Notes under the pieces: generated by a model | The model's database searches: none | What the model saw: only the letters and a program-made list of their open reading frames with translations | What the model was told of the DNA's origin: nothing | In this document: positions 27,846 to 39,404 of the stretch, piece after piece | Layout: each line of letters opens with the position of its first letter | Numbering within the stretch: position 1 is the stretch's first letter | From: an uncultured Lachnospiraceae bacterium | GTDB taxonomy: Bacteria; Bacillota; Clostridia; Eubacteriales; Eubacteriaceae | DNA: 64,000 bases | Assembly (NCBI GenBank): GCA_964632785.1 | Contig: CAZWEU010000004.1 | Location: 791-64,790 of the forward strand | Direction of reading: 5' to 3' | Translations under genes and position numbers: made by a program

Positions 27846-28703
27846 TTAATCTCTCTTTCCATCTTGATCTTTTTCATAGCCAAGCTGTTTGAGTATTTGT
27901 TCTAATTCTTCGATGGAGGCATAGGCAATTTCAATTTTCCCTCTTTGCCCCCTATTTTTCACCTGAACCCGGGCGTCTAAGAGTCTTTCTAAGTTTTCTT
28001 GGATTTCCAAAGCGTAAAGGTCAATCTTTTTTTTAACCTTGTCAGCTTTTTTGGGCTGAAAGGATTTAATTCTTTTTTCCGCCGCCCGAACACTAAGCTG
28101 GTCTTTAATGATGACCTCGGCAAAGGCCAGCATTGAGGCCTCATCCTCCAGGGCTAAAATGGCCCTGGCATGACCAGCGGTCAAGGTATTTTCTTTTATC
28201 CGGTCTTGGATGGTCTCTGGCAATTTTAAGAGTCTTAAGGCATTGGTAATAGCCGTCCGGCTTTTTCCAATCCGCAGGCCAATCTCCCCTTGAGTCAAGC
28301 CAAAACTGTCAATTAAGCCGGCGTAGGCAAGGGCCTCTTCAATGCTGTTAAGGTCTTCGCGTTGGATATTTTCAATAATCGCCATCTCCAGGACTTGTTC
28401 GGACGACAAGTCTTTGACAATCACCGGCACTTCTTTTAAGCCGGCCGCCATGGCCGCCCGAAAGCGCCGTTCGCCGGCAACAATGGTATAACCTTTTTTC
28501 TCCGCATGAACAATTAAGGGTTGAATAATTCCGTGTTCCTTAATTGATGCACTAAGCTCTTTAATTTTTTCTGGATCAAAACTTTTTCGTGGTTGGTCCG
28601 GGTTGGGCCTCAGATTGTTGATGTCGACATAAAAAAATATTTTTCCCTCTCTGTCAGGAATCAAGGCCGACATCCCCCTGCCCAGGGCCATTTTTTTCGT
28701 CAT
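27846..28703 (-). CDS. parB: Chromosome partition protein ParB/Spo0J
   Basis: ALGRGM, NPDQPRK, GERRFRA, ENIQREDL, HTH KSRTAITNALRLL. Confidence 0.96.
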   Translation of the reverse strand: MTKKMALGRGMSALIPDREGKIFFYVDINNLRPNPDQPRKSFDPEKIKELSASIKEHGIIQPLIVHAEKKGYTIVAGERRFRAAMAAGLKEVPVIVKDLSSEQVLEMAIIENIQREDLNSIEEALAYAGLIDSFGLTQGEIGLRIGKSRTAITNALRLLKLPETIQDRIKENTLTAGHARAILALEDEASMLAFAEVIIKDQLSVRAAEKRIKSFQPKKADKVKKKIDLYALEIQENLERLLDARVQVKNRGQRGKIEIAYASIEELEQILKQLGYEKDQDGKRD

Positions 28704-28709
28704 TCTCTC

Positions 28710-29474
28710 TTACTCCTGTCTGGCTAAAAATTCATTTGCCAATGCTTTGTAGGCTTTGGACCCCTTGGAGGATTGGGCATAGTCAAAAATGGTCTGCCCA
28801 TAACTCGGGGCCTCGGCCAAACGAACATTTCTGGGAATCATGGTCTCATAAACTTTTGACTTAAAATAAGTCACCACCTCGTCAACCACCTGGTTGGATA
28901 AGTTAATGCGCTGGTCAAACATGGTCAAGACAACCCCTTCAATGGCAATCTTCTTATTGAGGCTTTGACGGACCAGGCCGATGGTGCTAATTAATTGACT
29001 GACCCCTTCCAGGGCATAAAATTCACATTGAATGGGAACTAAAACCGCATCGGCCAAGGTCAGAGCATTAATCGTTAGGAGGCCAAGCGAGGGCGGGCAA
29101 TCGATAAAAGCATAATCATAATGCGACTTGACCCCGGCCACCATTTTTTTTAAGCGAAACTCGCGACCTGACCGGTTGGCCAATTCAATTTCCGCCCCAG
29201 CCAGATCGGCATTGGCCGGCAAGATGTGGAGGTTTTCAATCTCTGTTTCTAAGATGATGTCCTTTAAGTCGACCCCATCAACCAGACCATCATAGATGCT
29301 TTTTTCCAGGTTGTTTTTATCAACCCCCAGGCCGCTGCTGGCATTGCCCTGGGGGTCGCTATCAATGATTAAGGTCCGATAACCCTTCATGCTGAGTGCC
29401 GCAGCGACATTGATGGTTGTTGTTGTCTTTCCGACCCCACCTTTTTGATTGAACACGGCAATGGTTTTTTTCAC
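28710..29474 (-). CDS. parA: Chromosome partition ATPase ParA/Soj
   Basis: NQKGGVGKTT, DPQGNA, DCPPSLG, RNVRLAEAPS. Confidence 0.97.
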   Translation of the reverse strand: MKKTIAVFNQKGGVGKTTTTINVAAALSMKGYRTLIIDSDPQGNASSGLGVDKNNLEKSIYDGLVDGVDLKDIILETEIENLHILPANADLAGAEIELANRSGREFRLKKMVAGVKSHYDYAFIDCPPSLGLLTINALTLADAVLVPIQCEFYALEGVSQLISTIGLVRQSLNKKIAIEGVVLTMFDQRINLSNQVVDEVVTYFKSKVYETMIPRNVRLAEAPSYGQTIFDYAQSSKGSKAYKALANEFLARQE

Positions 29475-29491
29475 TTGTTCTTCTCCTTATA

Positions 29492-29507
29492 TGTTTCACG
29501 TGAAACA
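29492..29507. promoter_or_regulatory. parS site (perfect palindrome)
   Basis: TGTTTCACGTGAAACA. Confidence 0.95.
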
Positions 29508-29535
29508 TTCTTTCTTTAGGTCTTTTCCAAAGGCA

Positions 29536-29551
29536 TGTTTCACGTGAAACG
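29536..29551. promoter_or_regulatory. parS site (1 mismatch)
   Basis: TGTTTCACGTGAAACG. Confidence 0.9.
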
Positions 29552-29601
29552 CGCTCTTACTGACCACTCCTTTATTTTAGCACAGGACTCTTTACTGCCA
29601 A

Positions 29602-30321
29602 TTAACCAAGTGGCGTCTTTTTGATTTTCCCCGAATGGCGGGGGTATTTATAGGGTGTTATCTTTATTTTTTCTATCACTATTATAACATGGTCATAGTC
29701 TCTTTGCAGTAAAAAATCCTTTTTAATGGCCTTTACTTGGCCGCCAAGTTGGGAAATGGCCTTTTTTGACCGGTCTACTTCACTTTGATAATCCTTTCCC
29801 TTCATGGCCAGAAAGACCCCCTCTTCTTTAAGCAGGGGTAGACAATATTCGGATAAAACCGCTAGATCAGCCACTGCCCGCGACACAACCAGGTCAAAAG
29901 AGGCCCGGTATTTTTCCGCCCGGCCGACTTCTTCAGCCCGGCCATGGACCACCCTGACATTGGCGATGCCCAGCTTTTTAGCAATCTCATCAATCACTTT
30001 TAATTTTTTTTGGGTTGAATCAAGTAAGGTCAACTTGGCCTCTTTGCACATAATAGCTAAGGGAATGCCGGGAAAGCCCCCTCCGGTTCCGACATCGATA
30101 ATCGTGACACTCTCTTTAGGGATCAGTCCTAGAAGGCTAAGTGAATCAAGTAAGTGCAAGATCATAAAGTCCTCTTGATCGGTAATGCTGGTCAGATTAA
30201 TGACTTTATTTTTTTTAAGAATTTCATCCATATAGGCAATCAAGAGGCCAGCTTGGTCCTGATTAATTGTAATGCCCAGGTCGTGTCCCAATCTGATTAG
30301 TTTTTCACCACGCTCAGCCAC
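29602..30321 (-). CDS. rsmG: 16S rRNA m7G527 methyltransferase
   Basis: [27 protein letters not shown]. Confidence 0.96.
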   Translation of the reverse strand: MAERGEKLIRLGHDLGITINQDQAGLLIAYMDEILKKNKVINLTSITDQEDFMILHLLDSLSLLGLIPKESVTIIDVGTGGGFPGIPLAIMCKEAKLTLLDSTQKKLKVIDEIAKKLGIANVRVVHGRAEEVGRAEKYRASFDLVVSRAVADLAVLSEYCLPLLKEEGVFLAMKGKDYQSEVDRSKKAISQLGGQVKAIKKDFLLQRDYDHVIIVIEKIKITPYKYPRHSGKIKKTPLG

Positions 30322-32206
30322 TATTTTGTCCTCCGCTTCGTCTTTTTTGTTCTAAGTAAACCAAAATCACTGAGATATCGGCCGGTGATACACCGGAAAT
30401 TCGTGAGGCCTGGCCGATGGAACTGGGCCGAATGGCCATTAGTTTTTCAACGGCCTCATTACGCAGGCCACTAATGGCTGAATAATCAATTGATTCTGGC
30501 ATTTTTCGCTTTTCTAACTTTTTAAATTGTTCCACCTGGACCAGTTGTTTTTTAATGTAACCGGCGTATTTGATTTGGATCTCGACCTGTTCTTTTTCAC
30601 TGGGACTTAAGTCCGGGCGATTTTCATCAAATATTTTCAAAGCCTCATACTTAATCTCTGGTCGCTTGATTAATTCAAAGAGGGATAGGCTACGGTTAAT
30701 TTGGCTATCGCTAAGGGCCAGCAAGGTTTCCTTGTTTTCTTCACTGGACTTAACCACCACCTTTTTTAAGCGGTCAATCTCCGCTTCGACCCGTTCTTTC
30801 TTGGCTAAAAAATCATCGTAACGCTTTTGACCAATCAGGCCAAGCGCATAGCCCAGCGGGCTTAGGCGAAGATCAGCATTGTCCTGGCGTAAGAGCAGGC
30901 GGTATTCACACCGCGATGTCATCATCCGGTAGGGCTCATTGGTCCCCTTGGTGATAATATCATCGATCAGGACCCCAATATAGGCCTTGGACCGGTCAAG
31001 GATGACCGGTTCTTTTCCTTTGATCAGGTGAACGGCATTGATACCAGCCATTAGGCCTTGGGCGGCCGCTTCCTCATAACCCGAGGTCCCATTAATTTGA
31101 CCGGCAAAAAACAAACCGCTAATGTCTCGGTATTCTAAGCTGGCTGATAATTTTGTCGGGTAAATGCAATCATATTCGATGGCGTAGGCCGACCGCATCA
31201 ATTCAACATTTTCCATACCGGCCACGGTTCGGTATAATTCAATTTGAATGTCTTCGGGTAAACACGAGGACAAGCCCTGAGCATACATCTCATTGGTGTC
31301 TAAGGCCTCGGGCTCAATAAAGATTTGGTGGCGGTCTTTATCACGAAAGCGTTCGACCTTGGTTTCAATGGAGGGGCAATAACGGACACCCACCCCCTTG
31401 ACCCCACCGGTGTAAAGGGGGGACCGGTCCAGATTATCATCGATGATCCGGTGGGTTTTTTCATTGGTATAGGTCAGGTAACAAGGGACTTGGTCTATCT
31501 CAATGGCCTTTGTTTCAAAGGAGAAAGGAACAATCACCGGGTCGCCATCTTGCCGGCTCATCTTGGAAAAATCCAGCGATTTGGCATCGACTCGGGCCGG
31601 GGTTCCCGTTTTAAAGCGTTGCAGGTCAATCCCCTGGTCTAATAGACTGGCCGACAAGTATTTAGCCGGGAATAAGCCGTTAGGCCCGCCTTCATAGTCA
31701 ACATCGCCGATGATAATCCGGCCTTTTAGATAGGTGCCACTGCAAATGATTGCGGCCTGACAGGAATAGATGGCCCCGGTCAGGACTTGCACGCCGGTGA
31801 TTTTTCCTTCTTCAAGGATAATATCAACCACTTCTTGTTGCTTGAGGGCTAGATTGGCCTGGTTTTCAATGATTTCCTTCATTTTATTTTGGTATTTTTT
31901 CTTATCAGCCTGGGCCCGCAGGGAATAAACAGCCGGTCCCTTGGCCGTGTTAAGCATCTTACATTGAATCATGGTCGCGTCAATGACCTTGGCCATCTCA
32001 CCACCGAGGGCATCAATTTCTCTAACCAAATGGCCTTTTCCGGTTCCCCCTATCGATGGGTTACAAGGAAGCAGGGCCACTGAATCTAAATTTATAGTTA
32101 ATAAGAGGGTTTTTAAACCCATTCGCGCTGAAGCCAGGGCCGCCTCGCAGCCCGCGTGACCGGCTCCAACCACGACGATATCATAATTTCCACCTGGGTA
32201 TGTCAT
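30314..32206 (-). CDS. mnmG: tRNA uridine-5-carboxymethylaminomethyl modification enzyme GidA
   Basis: [36 protein letters not shown]; start moved to ATG 32206 (MTYPGG). Confidence 0.97.
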   Translation of the reverse strand: MTYPGGNYDIVVVGAGHAGCEAALASARMGLKTLLLTINLDSVALLPCNPSIGGTGKGHLVREIDALGGEMAKVIDATMIQCKMLNTAKGPAVYSLRAQADKKKYQNKMKEIIENQANLALKQQEVVDIILEEGKITGVQVLTGAIYSCQAAIICSGTYLKGRIIIGDVDYEGGPNGLFPAKYLSASLLDQGIDLQRFKTGTPARVDAKSLDFSKMSRQDGDPVIVPFSFETKAIEIDQVPCYLTYTNEKTHRIIDDNLDRSPLYTGGVKGVGVRYCPSIETKVERFRDKDRHQIFIEPEALDTNEMYAQGLSSCLPEDIQIELYRTVAGMENVELMRSAYAIEYDCIYPTKLSASLEYRDISGLFFAGQINGTSGYEEAAAQGLMAGINAVHLIKGKEPVILDRSKAYIGVLIDDIITKGTNEPYRMMTSRCEYRLLLRQDNADLRLSPLGYALGLIGQKRYDDFLAKKERVEAEIDRLKKVVVKSSEENKETLLALSDSQINRSLSLFELIKRPEIKYEALKIFDENRPDLSPSEKEQVEIQIKYAGYIKKQLVQVEQFKKLEKRKMPESIDYSAISGLRNEAVEKLMAIRPSSIGQASRISGVSPADISVILVYLEQKRRSGGQNSG

Positions 32207-32213
32207 TTTTCCT

Positions 32214-33587
32214 CTACTTTCCAATACAAAAATTTTCAAAAATCTGGTTGACGACATCCATGCCAATGGCTTTACCACTGATTTCCCGCTCGGCTTCCAG
32301 GGCCTCGATGAGGTCAATGGAAACCAGCTCAATCGGCATGCCCGCATCAATGGTCTTTTTCCCACTGATTAAGGCCGCTTTTGTTTCCTTAAGTTTTTGG
32401 ATATGGCGACTATTGGTGACTAAATAGTCAGCTTCTTGGCTGACCGACCCATCATGGATTAAGGCGACCATTTTCTCCTTTAAGGCCCCGATCCCCTGAT
32501 CCTTAATTAAGGACAGGGACAGCCATTTATCATCTAAGGCTAAAGAAGGGCTTAGGTCGGTTTTATTAGCAATATAGATGGTCTCTTTATTTTTTAATAA
32601 GGCCATGACTTCTTCTTCACCGGCGGATAATTCTTTGGTCGCATCCCGCATAAAGAGAATGACATGGGCCTCCTTTAGGAGTTTTTTTGATTTTTCCACG
32701 CCAATTTTTTCAACCTCATTGTCAGTCTCGCGAATGCCGGCCGTGTCAATCATTTTAAAGGGAATGCCCTCGATATTTACATACTCTTCAATGGTGTCTC
32801 TGGTGGTTCCCGGAATATTGGTCACAATCGCCTTGTTTTCCCTTGTCAGGCTATTAAGAAGGGAGGATTTGCCGACATTGGGGGCCCCAACTATGGCTGT
32901 TGTAATCCCTTCTCGGTAAATTTTTCCAACCTCGGCCCCTTTTAAGACCCCATCAATCTTTAAGATAAGGTCATCGAGGGCTTTTACTAGCAGGTCCTTG
33001 CTGACCTCTTCAATCTCATATTCGGGGTAATCAATGGTCACTTCCACATGGGCTAAAAGGTCAACTAAGGCCTTGTCAATGGCCTCAACTAGGCTTGAGA
33101 ACTTGCCTTCTAATTGGGAGAGGGAATAGTCTAAGCTTTTTTCTGTTTTAGCATTGATAATATCCATAACCGCCTCGGCCTGACTTAAATCAAGGCGGCC
33201 ATTTAAAAAGGCTCTTTTGGTAAATTCCCCCGGCTCCGCTAGGCGGATGCCGGTCGCTAAAATCATTTTTAAAATTTTTTGCATGGGGACAATCCCCCCG
33301 TGGCAATTAATTTCGACTACATCTTCGGCCGTGTAGGAGGTCGGTTTAACCATCTTTGAAACCAGGACCTCATCTATATCGCGCTTGGTCTGGGGGTCGC
33401 GCAGGTGGCCATAGAGGAGCTGGTGGGAAGCGGCCTCTTTTAGAGTTTTTCCCTTGGGATTAATAAAAAGAGGATCGATTAAGTCAATGGCCGAGTCACC
33501 ACTGATGCGAATAATGCCAATCCCCGCCCCAGCCATTCCCGTGGCGACAGCAGCGATGGTGTCATCATTTAATAATTTATTGTTCAT
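32214..33587 (-). CDS. mnmE: tRNA modification GTPase MnmE/TrmE
   Basis: [31 protein letters not shown] end. Confidence 0.97.
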   Translation of the reverse strand: MNNKLLNDDTIAAVATGMAGAGIGIIRISGDSAIDLIDPLFINPKGKTLKEAASHQLLYGHLRDPQTKRDIDEVLVSKMVKPTSYTAEDVVEINCHGGIVPMQKILKMILATGIRLAEPGEFTKRAFLNGRLDLSQAEAVMDIINAKTEKSLDYSLSQLEGKFSSLVEAIDKALVDLLAHVEVTIDYPEYEIEEVSKDLLVKALDDLILKIDGVLKGAEVGKIYREGITTAIVGAPNVGKSSLLNSLTRENKAIVTNIPGTTRDTIEEYVNIEGIPFKMIDTAGIRETDNEVEKIGVEKSKKLLKEAHVILFMRDATKELSAGEEEVMALLKNKETIYIANKTDLSPSLALDDKWLSLSLIKDQGIGALKEKMVALIHDGSVSQEADYLVTNSRHIQKLKETKAALISGKKTIDAGMPIELVSIDLIEALEAEREISGKAIGMDVVNQIFENFCIGK

Positions 33588-33743
33588 TTTAACTCCTAAA
33601 ATTCATTCTTACTAAGAGCTAATGATAGTATAAAAGCCTTAGTTAGACAAGATTTTTATTCTTAAATGGTCTAGCCATTATTTGCCAATTAAAAAAAGGT
33701 CCGATTATCTCGGTACCTTTGATTTTTGCTTTTCTTAAACTGC

Positions 33744-34373
33744 TTATTGATTATCTTTTAATTGGATCACAACATGACGATAGGGTTCGGCCCCTTCACT
33801 ATAGGTGTATACTTTTTCATGGTCTTGTAACTTGGCATGAATAATCCGCCGCTCGGCCGGATTCATCGGTTCAAGGACCATTTTCTTACGATAATAAGCC
33901 GCTCGACCAGCCATTTTTTCGCCTAAAACCTCTAATGTTTTTTTCCTTTTTGCCCGGTAATTTTCCGTATCAAGGATGACCCGAACATACTTATCACTCT
34001 GACGATTGATGGCTAAACTGGTTAGATACTGTAGAGCATCGAGGGTTTGGCCCCGGCGACCGATTAGGACTCCCATGTTGTCGCCTTCAAAGGTGATAAA
34101 TAAAAGATCATCATCAAGACGGGTCGTAATTTCACAGGGAATAGCCATGGCCTGAAAAACATCAGTTAAGAACAGCAAGGCCTTTTGCTCAGGATCATTT
34201 TTTAAGCTTAACTCAACAATCGCTTCTTTTTTACCAAATATTTTTTTAAAACCACTATCAGGGACTTGCAAAATATTAACATCAACTTCTTCCTTAGTGA
34301 CTGCAAGTTCTTGCAAACCATTATTAATGGCCTCGTCTAAGTTTTTACCGATGCCTCTTACAATTCTCTTCAT
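33744..34373 (-). CDS. jag: Jag/EloR (KH + R3H) RNA-binding protein
   Basis: LIGRRGQTLDALQYL, ERRIIH, SEGAEPYR. Confidence 0.95.
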   Translation of the reverse strand: MKRIVRGIGKNLDEAINNGLQELAVTKEEVDVNILQVPDSGFKKIFGKKEAIVELSLKNDPEQKALLFLTDVFQAMAIPCEITTRLDDDLLFITFEGDNMGVLIGRRGQTLDALQYLTSLAINRQSDKYVRVILDTENYRAKRKKTLEVLGEKMAGRAAYYRKKMVLEPMNPAERRIIHAKLQDHEKVYTYSEGAEPYRHVVIQLKDNQ

Positions 34374-34406
34374 TCTTCCCCCTCCTCTTTTTTACTCAAT
34401 TAAGCC

Positions 34407-35303
34407 TTAGTCGTCGGGATCCCGTTTTGGTATTTCAGAAATTGGTTTTTGTCGCGGTTTTGATGACTTCTTCGATACCTTTTTATTAGTAACCGGTTTT
34501 GTTAAAGGTCCCTTATCCTCGCGGACTTCTTTTTTCTTCTTTTGATCATAGGGATTATTAGCTGCTCGTTTGGCTGCTAATTCTTTTCTTTTTTCTTGCT
34601 CTTCTTCCTTAACCCGTCGCTCGGCTTCTTCCGGTGAAATTTCTTCGACCGGCATCCTTAGCATAATAAGTTGTTGGAAAAAGGTGAAGATATTTTGAAC
34701 CACCCAGTAGAGAGCCACTCCAGCCGGAAAATTAATCGAGATATAACCAATCATAATCGGCATCACATAGAGCATGATCTTTTGCGTCTTGGCATTGGGA
34801 TCATCGGGATTTGAGGCACTGGCTGCGGTCATTAACTTTTGGGTGACAAAGGTAAAGAGAGCCGCTAAAATCGGTAAGATGTATAAAGGATCAGGACTAC
34901 CCAGGTCGGGAATCCATAAAAAAGCCCGATTAATCGCCTCATAGGTCCCATTTAAAAAGACGTATACTTCCGGTTCTCGCAAGGCCCGAAAGAGACCAAT
35001 TAAAATAGGAAACTGGACCAGCAAAGGCAGGCAGCCAGCGGCTGGATTAACCTTATAGACCTTGTATAATTTAAGTGTTTCTTCATTTAACTTTTCTTTA
35101 TTGTTTTTATATTTCTTATTTAATTTTTGCAGTTCCGGATTCAGGCGTTGCATATCCCGCATCGATTTTGTCTGCTTAATATTAAGTGGTAGTAATAATA
35201 ATTTCATTAAAATGGTGAAGACAATAATCGCTACACCGTAATTGCCAATCAGATTATAAACCTGGAACAATATCCAACCAAATGCTTGGTATAAAAAATC
35301 CAT
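34407..35303 (-). CDS. yidC: Membrane protein insertase YidC/Oxa1 with basic C-terminal tail
   Basis: YGVAII, GCLPLLVQFPIL, FLWIPDL, LYW. Confidence 0.95.
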   Translation of the reverse strand: MDFLYQAFGWILFQVYNLIGNYGVAIIVFTILMKLLLLPLNIKQTKSMRDMQRLNPELQKLNKKYKNNKEKLNEETLKLYKVYKVNPAAGCLPLLVQFPILIGLFRALREPEVYVFLNGTYEAINRAFLWIPDLGSPDPLYILPILAALFTFVTQKLMTAASASNPDDPNAKTQKIMLYVMPIMIGYISINFPAGVALYWVVQNIFTFFQQLIMLRMPVEEISPEEAERRVKEEEQEKRKELAAKRAANNPYDQKKKKEVREDKGPLTKPVTNKKVSKKSSKPRQKPISEIPKRDPDD

Positions 35304-35331
35304 TCAATAACTCCTTAGTTTTTTCCTTTTT

Positions 35332-35553
35332 TCAAGGAAGTGGATCAGATCCTCCGGGATTAAAAGGGTGGCACCGTAAGATCCGCTTACTGCCTAAATA
35401 AAAGCCCTTAAAAACACCGTATTTGTCAACCGCTTGAAGAAAATACTCTGAACAGGTCGGCTGAAAGCGGCAATTATTTCCCAGTAAGGGCGAAATAAAA
35501 CGCTGATAGCCTCTGACAGCCTTAATGATCAGTCCTTTAGCTATTTTTGCCAT
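35332..35553 (-). CDS. yidD: Membrane protein insertion efficiency factor
   Basis: [24 protein letters not shown]. Confidence 0.95.
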   Translation of the reverse strand: MAKIAKGLIIKAVRGYQRFISPLLGNNCRFQPTCSEYFLQAVDKYGVFKGFYLGSKRILRCHPFNPGGSDPLP

Positions 35554-35893
35554 TTTTTTTCCTCAATAAATTTTTCTTATAAAACAAATGCAGTAATGAT
35601 TTTTCAATCGTGCGATAATCTGTTGTTTTAATCGATTCCCTAGCAATGAGGATGACATCGTATCCACTGGCAATTTTATCTTCATTTAATCGATAGGCTT
35701 CTTTGATCCGGCGTCTAATTTTATTACGAACAACCGCCTTTTTAGAAATCTTTTTACTGACAATGATACCCAGGCGATTATCTGCCGATCGATTTTTTAT
35801 AAAATACATGACAAAGGTCCGATTGCCAAAAACTTCTCCCTGACTAAATACCTTTTTAAAGTCATTTTCTTTTTTGAGGGAATTAATTTTCAT
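35537..35893 (-). CDS. rnpA: Ribonuclease P protein component
   Basis: [20 protein letters not shown]. Confidence 0.95.
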   Translation of the reverse strand: MKINSLKKENDFKKVFSQGEVFGNRTFVMYFIKNRSADNRLGIIVSKKISKKAVVRNKIRRRIKEAYRLNEDKIASGYDVILIARESIKTTDYRTIEKSLLHLFYKKNLLRKKNGKNS

Positions 35894-35953
35894 TCACTAA
35901 ATTCACTTTCTGCTTAAATAAAAGACCGCTTATAAAAAACGGTCTGTAGCGAA

Positions 35954-36088
35954 CTATGCAGATAATTTTTCTCTTCCTTTATGTCGTCTCTTCTTTAAAA
36001 TAATGCGGCCACTCTTCGTTGACATTCTTTTGCGAAAACCATGCTCTTTTTTCCGCTGTCTAACCTTAGGTTGATATGTTCGTTTCAT
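35954..36088 (-). CDS. rpmH: 50S ribosomal protein L34 (44 aa)
   Basis: Hand translation [44 protein letters not shown]; not in ORF track. Confidence 0.97.
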   Translation of the reverse strand: MKRTYQPKVRQRKKEHGFRKRMSTKSGRIILKKRRHKGREKLSA

Positions 36089-36315
36089 CTTGACACCCCC
36101 TGACTCCTAATTTTATCTCATTTGTTTATAAGCTAACACTACTTTTACCTCAAAATTATATAATTTTAAGTTTTTTTTGTCAAGGAAATCTTGCTACTTC
36201 TGGCTAATTCAGTCAAAATAGCCTGATAATTTCTTTTTTTAGGCCCATTCTTATTGATCATAAAGAATTAGTAAGGAAAATTTCTAATCATCATTGTTTA
36301 TTAGTGATTGAATAC

Positions 36316-36582
36316 TTATCAACAATTTGCTATACTAAAAGCAATCAATTCGAAAATCATGTTGGTAAGTGGATAAAGGCTCTTAACTTATCCACAATTT
36401 GTCTACTTTTGTGGATAGCTTGGGGATAACTTTATAATTAATCGTCTTTACCGCTTTTAAAAGCAAAAAAATCACGGGATAAAATATTTTTCTTATTCAC
36501 AATTTCTAAAAACGCATCTTGATTTATTTTAGCATTCACAGTAAAATAGTAAAGCTGTGTATAAAAAATCGATTTATCCACA
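36316..36582. promoter_or_regulatory. oriC part 1: DnaA-box cluster upstream of dnaA
   Basis: TTATCCACA at 36388 and 36574, TGTGTATAA at 36556, near-matches at 36316, 36368, 36410, 36421, 36493. Confidence 0.9.
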
Positions 36583-36622
36583 AATTAGCAAAAATATACT
36601 TTGAAAGTGGAGGTTCCCATTT

Positions 36623-37963
36623 ATGGATACTTCGTTTGAAAAAATATGGGATACTGCCCTAAGCATTATTAAATCAAATATCAGCCAAACGAGTTTCAAC
36701 ACTTGGTTTTTAAAAATAAAACCGGTTAAGTATAGCTCTAATACCTATTATTTTTTATCGGAAAATGAATTTGAAAAAGGCATCCTAGAAAGCCGCCACC
36801 TGCCTTTAATTACCAATGCCTTAGCGGAAGTGACCGGGAAAAACAGCCAGGTTAAAATTATCTTAAAGCAAGACGAACTTTTAGAACCGTCCTTGCAGAC
36901 CTTTGAAACGATCAACGTCGATCAACCAACCCAAAAATTCAATGCCATGAATCCCAAGTACACCTTCGACAGCTTTGTCATCGGCGAGAATAATCGTTTT
37001 GCTCATGCCGCCTGTGTAGCGGTCTCTGAAGCCCCTTCCGAGCGCTATAACCCGCTCTTTATTTATGGTGGCGTCGGCCTTGGAAAAACCCACTTGATGC
37101 AGGCCATCGGTCATTATATTCTTTCCTATGCCCCTAATAAAAATGTCATTTATGTCTCCAGTGAAAAATTTATCAATGATTTTATTGATGCCATCCAAAA
37201 TAAAACCAATACGGCCTTTATTAATAAGTATCGGTCTGCTGATATCCTCCTCATCGATGATATTCAATTTTTATCCAATAAAGAAGCCACTCAAATTGAA
37301 TTTTTCCATACCTTTAATACCCTCTACCAAGAAAATAAGCAAATCGTTATCAGCAGTGACCGGCCCCCAAAAGAGATCCCCAGCCTTGAAGAGCGCCTGC
37401 GATCCCGCTTTGAAAGTGGCCTGATCACCGATATCACCGCCCCCAATTTTGAAACCCGGATTGCCATTTTACGAAAAAAAGCCGCCTCCTTTAGTGATGA
37501 AATTCCCAATGAGGTCTTAAGTTTTATTGCCGACAGCATCCACTCCAATATTAGAGAGTTAGAAGGAGCCTTAACGACAGTTTTTGCTTATTCCAAACTT
37601 CATAATACCGATATTAATTTAGAATCGGCTAATAATGCCTTAAAAGATATTTTTCGCAAAAAAGATGATATCATCGTCACCAGCGACTACATTAAAGAAG
37701 TTACCTCAAAATATTTTAATATCTCCGTTGAAGCCATCAATTCTAAAAAACGAACCCGAGCCATTGCCCTACCTAGGCAAGTTGCCATGTACCTAACCCG
37801 GGACATGACCGATTTATCCCTACCCAAAATTGGCGCTGAATTTGGTGGCCGCGACCACTCGACAGTCATTTATGCCTGCCAAAAGATTAGCGAAGAGATG
37901 GATAACAGCACTGATTTTAAAAATTTGATCATCCGCATTCAAAAGGAAATTAACGGCAATTAA
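36623..37963 (+). CDS. dnaA: Chromosomal replication initiator
   Basis: [40 protein letters not shown]. Confidence 0.98.
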   Translation: MDTSFEKIWDTALSIIKSNISQTSFNTWFLKIKPVKYSSNTYYFLSENEFEKGILESRHLPLITNALAEVTGKNSQVKIILKQDELLEPSLQTFETINVDQPTQKFNAMNPKYTFDSFVIGENNRFAHAACVAVSEAPSERYNPLFIYGGVGLGKTHLMQAIGHYILSYAPNKNVIYVSSEKFINDFIDAIQNKTNTAFINKYRSADILLIDDIQFLSNKEATQIEFFHTFNTLYQENKQIVISSDRPPKEIPSLEERLRSRFESGLITDITAPNFETRIAILRKKAASFSDEIPNEVLSFIADSIHSNIRELEGALTTVFAYSKLHNTDINLESANNALKDIFRKKDDIIVTSDYIKEVTSKYFNISVEAINSKKRTRAIALPRQVAMYLTRDMTDLSLPKIGAEFGGRDHSTVIYACQKISEEMDNSTDFKNLIIRIQKEINGN

Positions 37964-37965
37964 GC

Positions 37966-38110
37966 TGTGGATTGTTTTTCCTTTGCCGATAAACTTATCA
38001 ACAGCTTATCCCTTGTGGATAAGTTTCCTGAGGACCTAAAAATCCCCTTTTAAATCTTATCCACAATGCTGACAGCCCTTATTATTATTATTACAATATC
38101 TATCTTAATA
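37966..38110. other. oriC part 2: DnaA boxes, GC motif and DnaA-trio unwinding element
   Basis: Boxes at 37966, 37995, 38014 (TGTGGATAA), 38057 (TTATCCACA), then GCCC and (TTA)x5 at 38079-38093. Confidence 0.88.
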
Positions 38111-38135
38111 TAAACCGAGAAAAAGAGGTCTCCTA

Positions 38136-39242
38136 ATGAAATTTAATTGTTCCATTCATGAATTAACCAATGCCTTAAATATTGCCCAAAAAGCTGTTTC
38201 ATCAAAAACCAGCCTTGAAGTCTTAAAAGGAATCTTATTTAAAGCTTACGACCAGCATTTACTTTTACGCAGCAGTGATTTAGAAATTGGCGTTCAAATT
38301 ATTATTCCGGCCCAGGTTGAAAAAGAAGGTGAGGTTGTTTTAACCGCCCACTTAATTGGAGAATTGATTCGTAAATTAAAAGGATCCGATGTTTTTTTTG
38401 AAAGTGATGATAAAAATCAGGTTAAAATTGACTGCCTTTTAGCCAACTTTACCTTAAAAGGCCTTGCTGCTGATGAATTTCCCGATTTTCCCCAAGTCAT
38501 CGAAGACCATCGCTTCTCCATCAAGGCTAGCGAGCTAAGAGACTTAATTAAAGGAAGCCTTTTTTCAGTGGCGACAAATGAAAATATTCCGGTCTTAACC
38601 GGTGTTAAAATTGAAGTTAATGGCGAGAATATAAACTTAGTTACCTTAGATGGCTACCGTCTGGCCTTCCGGTCCGGGACAATTGAAAGTGACCTCAACG
38701 AAGAGATATCGGTCATCGTTCCGGCTAAATCCTTAGCCGAGATTAGTAAGATCAGTTCAAATTATGCCGAGGATATCATTGTTAAGTTTTCTAAAAATCA
38801 GATCTTTTTTGAAATGGACACGATTCGCTTCACTTCCCGCCTCCTTGAAGGCGACTTTATTAATTATAAACAAATCATTCCGGCGGAAAAAACAAGTCAT
38901 GTCCGGATCAACCGCCAATTATTAATTGAAAGCAGTGAGCGAGCAGCCCTACTGGCCCGCGAAGGAAAAAACAATTTAATTAAAATGGATTTTAATCAAG
39001 ACCAGCTGATTTTGACCTCCAACTCGGAAGTCGGTGATGGCTTTGAAATTATCCCCATTGTCAATGAAGGGGAACCGATTAAAATTGCCTTTAACTCTAA
39101 ATACTTAATTGAGGCCTTAAAAGTTATTGAAGATGATGAATTTATTATGGACATGACCACCTCGGTGGGACCGGGGGTCCTTCTTCCCCTGGAGGGACAG
39201 AAATTTCTCTATTTAATTTTACCGGTCCGCATTGCCGAATAA
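38136..39242 (+). CDS. dnaN: DNA polymerase III beta sliding clamp
   Basis: SDLEI, TLDGYRLA, LEGDFINY, IAFNSKYL, ILPVR. Confidence 0.97.
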   Translation: MKFNCSIHELTNALNIAQKAVSSKTSLEVLKGILFKAYDQHLLLRSSDLEIGVQIIIPAQVEKEGEVVLTAHLIGELIRKLKGSDVFFESDDKNQVKIDCLLANFTLKGLAADEFPDFPQVIEDHRFSIKASELRDLIKGSLFSVATNENIPVLTGVKIEVNGENINLVTLDGYRLAFRSGTIESDLNEEISVIVPAKSLAEISKISSNYAEDIIVKFSKNQIFFEMDTIRFTSRLLEGDFINYKQIIPAEKTSHVRINRQLLIESSERAALLAREGKNNLIKMDFNQDQLILTSNSEVGDGFEIIPIVNEGEPIKIAFNSKYLIEALKVIEDDEFIMDMTTSVGPGVLLPLEGQKFLYLILPVRIAE

Positions 39243-39258
39243 TCGTATCCATCATTTT

Positions 39259-39319
39259 AAATAGTCTCATGTTTGTAAAGGGTCATTATGACCATACAAA
39301 TTGAGACTATTTTGTTTTT
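39259..39319 (+). terminator. Long interrupted hairpin after dnaN
   Basis: AAATAGTCTCA..TTTGTA..GGTC-loop-GACC.TACAAA.TGAGACTATTT followed by T-rich run; TGgTATAAT extended -10 follows at 39323-39331. Confidence 0.55.
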
Positions 39320-39404
39320 CTATGGTATAATAAAAAGGTTACAAGGCTGATCATAAAGGAATAAGCCGGCATGATCAGCAGGAATTTTTAATGATGAGGA
39401 AAAT

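Noticed and set aside
32207..32365. N-terminal extension of the mnmG ORF (683 aa in the track)
   Set aside because: Overlaps mnmE in another frame; the SD-backed ATG at 32206 gives a normal-length GidA
38079..38093. (TTA)5 as a microsatellite or phase-variation tract
   Set aside because: Its position after a DnaA box and GC motif fits DnaA-trios
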